A stretch of DNA of 64,000 bases. It comes from Callorhinchus milii (lineage: Eukaryota). Positions 62,634 to 64,000 of the stretch are shown one piece after another. Positions within the stretch are counted from its first letter, which is position 1; each line of letters starts with the position of its first letter. The notes beneath the pieces were generated by a model. The model was not told the DNA's origin. It did no database searches and was given only the letters and a program-made list of their open reading frames with translations. The stretch is taken from positions 109,122,001-109,186,000 of the forward strand of contig NW_024704742.1 of assembly GCF_018977255.1 (NCBI RefSeq). Direction: 5' to 3'. The position numbers were made by a program, and so were the translations under genes.

Positions 62634-63209
62634 GTAAACAAAAACACCTTGCATATATCGAGATGCACCAGTACAGCATTAATATCTAGTGACTATTGTG
62701 TCGTGATACGAGGCAGAGAAGTGTTTCTTTTAATTGTTAGTTGCAATGCAAGTACTTGCAGTTTATGAAATTGAACCACCCTAGCAAAATACATTTTTTT
62801 TTCTTTCTGTATTTCCTTATTTCTGTGATTTGTTTTTTTTGTTAAGCTGAGCTCTGTATTGATGATCTCTTTGGGGAATTTTTCAAATGAGACCAATGAA
62901 CTGCTTTGGGGGCAATGAAACTAAATCCACATAGTTAACTTAGAATTTGAATGAATTCTCTTTAGATTTAAAGACCAAATGAGTAATATATTTACTATTT
63001 GCCTAAGGTAGTAAAGATAAATATGTTGTAAAAACATACATTCCTTTTGCAGGGTGAATTCAATCTGTTGAGTTCCTCACTTTGATTGAGAGGCTAGAAG
63101 GGAACCTGCTCACAGTTCTCTTCCAAATCTACTCTTGATGTGCTACTATGAAGTACACAAGGTCAGCCACAGGCAATGAATGCTCCCTCTCATTCCGTAA
63201 GAGGGTAAC

Positions 63210-64000
63210 ATAACATAAGAACATAAGAAATGCAAGATGAAAAAAGACCAAGGTCCACCTAGTTCATCTTCCAGGCATTCGCATGCACATATGTCCCAAA
63301 CTGTGTTTGAAAGAATCAACACTTCCTGCTTCAACCTTAGGGAGCCTGTTCCACAAGTTCACTATTCGCTCACTGAAATAGTGTTTGCATAGATTTGTTC
63401 TGAATTTTCCCCCCTTCAAGCGTAGGCCGTGTGCTCTAGTTTTACGATTCTGGATAAGTTGAACCAGCTTGTCATGATGTATATTGTCTTACAACTTTGA
63501 AATCTTAAAGACAGTAATCATGTCACCTCTCAATCTTCTCTTTTCCAGTGTGAACATGCCCAATTTACGTAGTCGCTCCTCATAGTCCGTTCCTTCCAAT
63601 CCCTCAATCATTTTGGTTGCTCTCCTCTGTATTTTCTCGATTTCTCCAATATCCTTTTTGTACTGCATCGGCCAGAACTGTACACAAGACGCTAAGTATG
63701 ATCTCACCAATAATTTAACCAGTAGCAGGATTACCCCACTATTTAGGCTTGCTATCAGTCTATTGATACATCTCAACATCTGGTTTGCTTTACTCACTGC
63801 CACAGAGGATTTTTGGGAGAGTTTCAATTTATTGTCAATCAGGACCCCCGGGTCCTCTTAATTTTCCATACATATTATTTTCCTTCTGTTCAAATTATAG
63901 TCCCTTCCAGGATTTTTTGTCCCCATGTGAAGTACTCTATTTCTCCACATTGAATTTGATCTGACACTGATCTGCCCAGTTCCCAAGTGTATTCAAATCC
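63210..64000 (-). mobile_element. CR1 LINE 3' fragment
   Basis: ORF 63489..63827: QRRATKMIEGL...LGMFTLEKRRLRGDMI. Confidence 0.9.

Overview
Vertebrate genomic DNA, most likely a cartilaginous fish. That is inferred from the tRNA-derived Deu-domain SINE, L2, CR1 and Penelope repeat mix; the species was not determined. The window holds the GPR150-ARSK-TTC37(SKIC3) block. GPR150 is an intronless class A GPCR on + (2780-3988). ARSK is a complete 8-exon arylsulfatase K gene on - (55298 down to 15284; 1632 nt CDS, 543 aa; all introns GT-AG and phase-consistent). The first five coding exons of TTC37/SKIC3 lie on +, starting at 58510, and share a CpG-island bidirectional promoter with ARSK. Most other ORFs in the track are transposon debris. 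The most unusual signals are: (i) an apparently perfect 196-bp inverted copy of GPR150 coding sequence sitting in a SINE tail upstream of the gene; (ii) a near-identical ~885-bp inverted duplication bracketing ARSK exons 3-8 that looks like a templated insertion; (iii) repeated fold-back insertions at the shared SINE/L2 3' stem-loop; (iv) small Penelope-type palindromic elements carrying minimal hammerhead-ribozyme cores, one with a 16-bp target-site duplication. Repeat boundaries were read by eye and are approximate.
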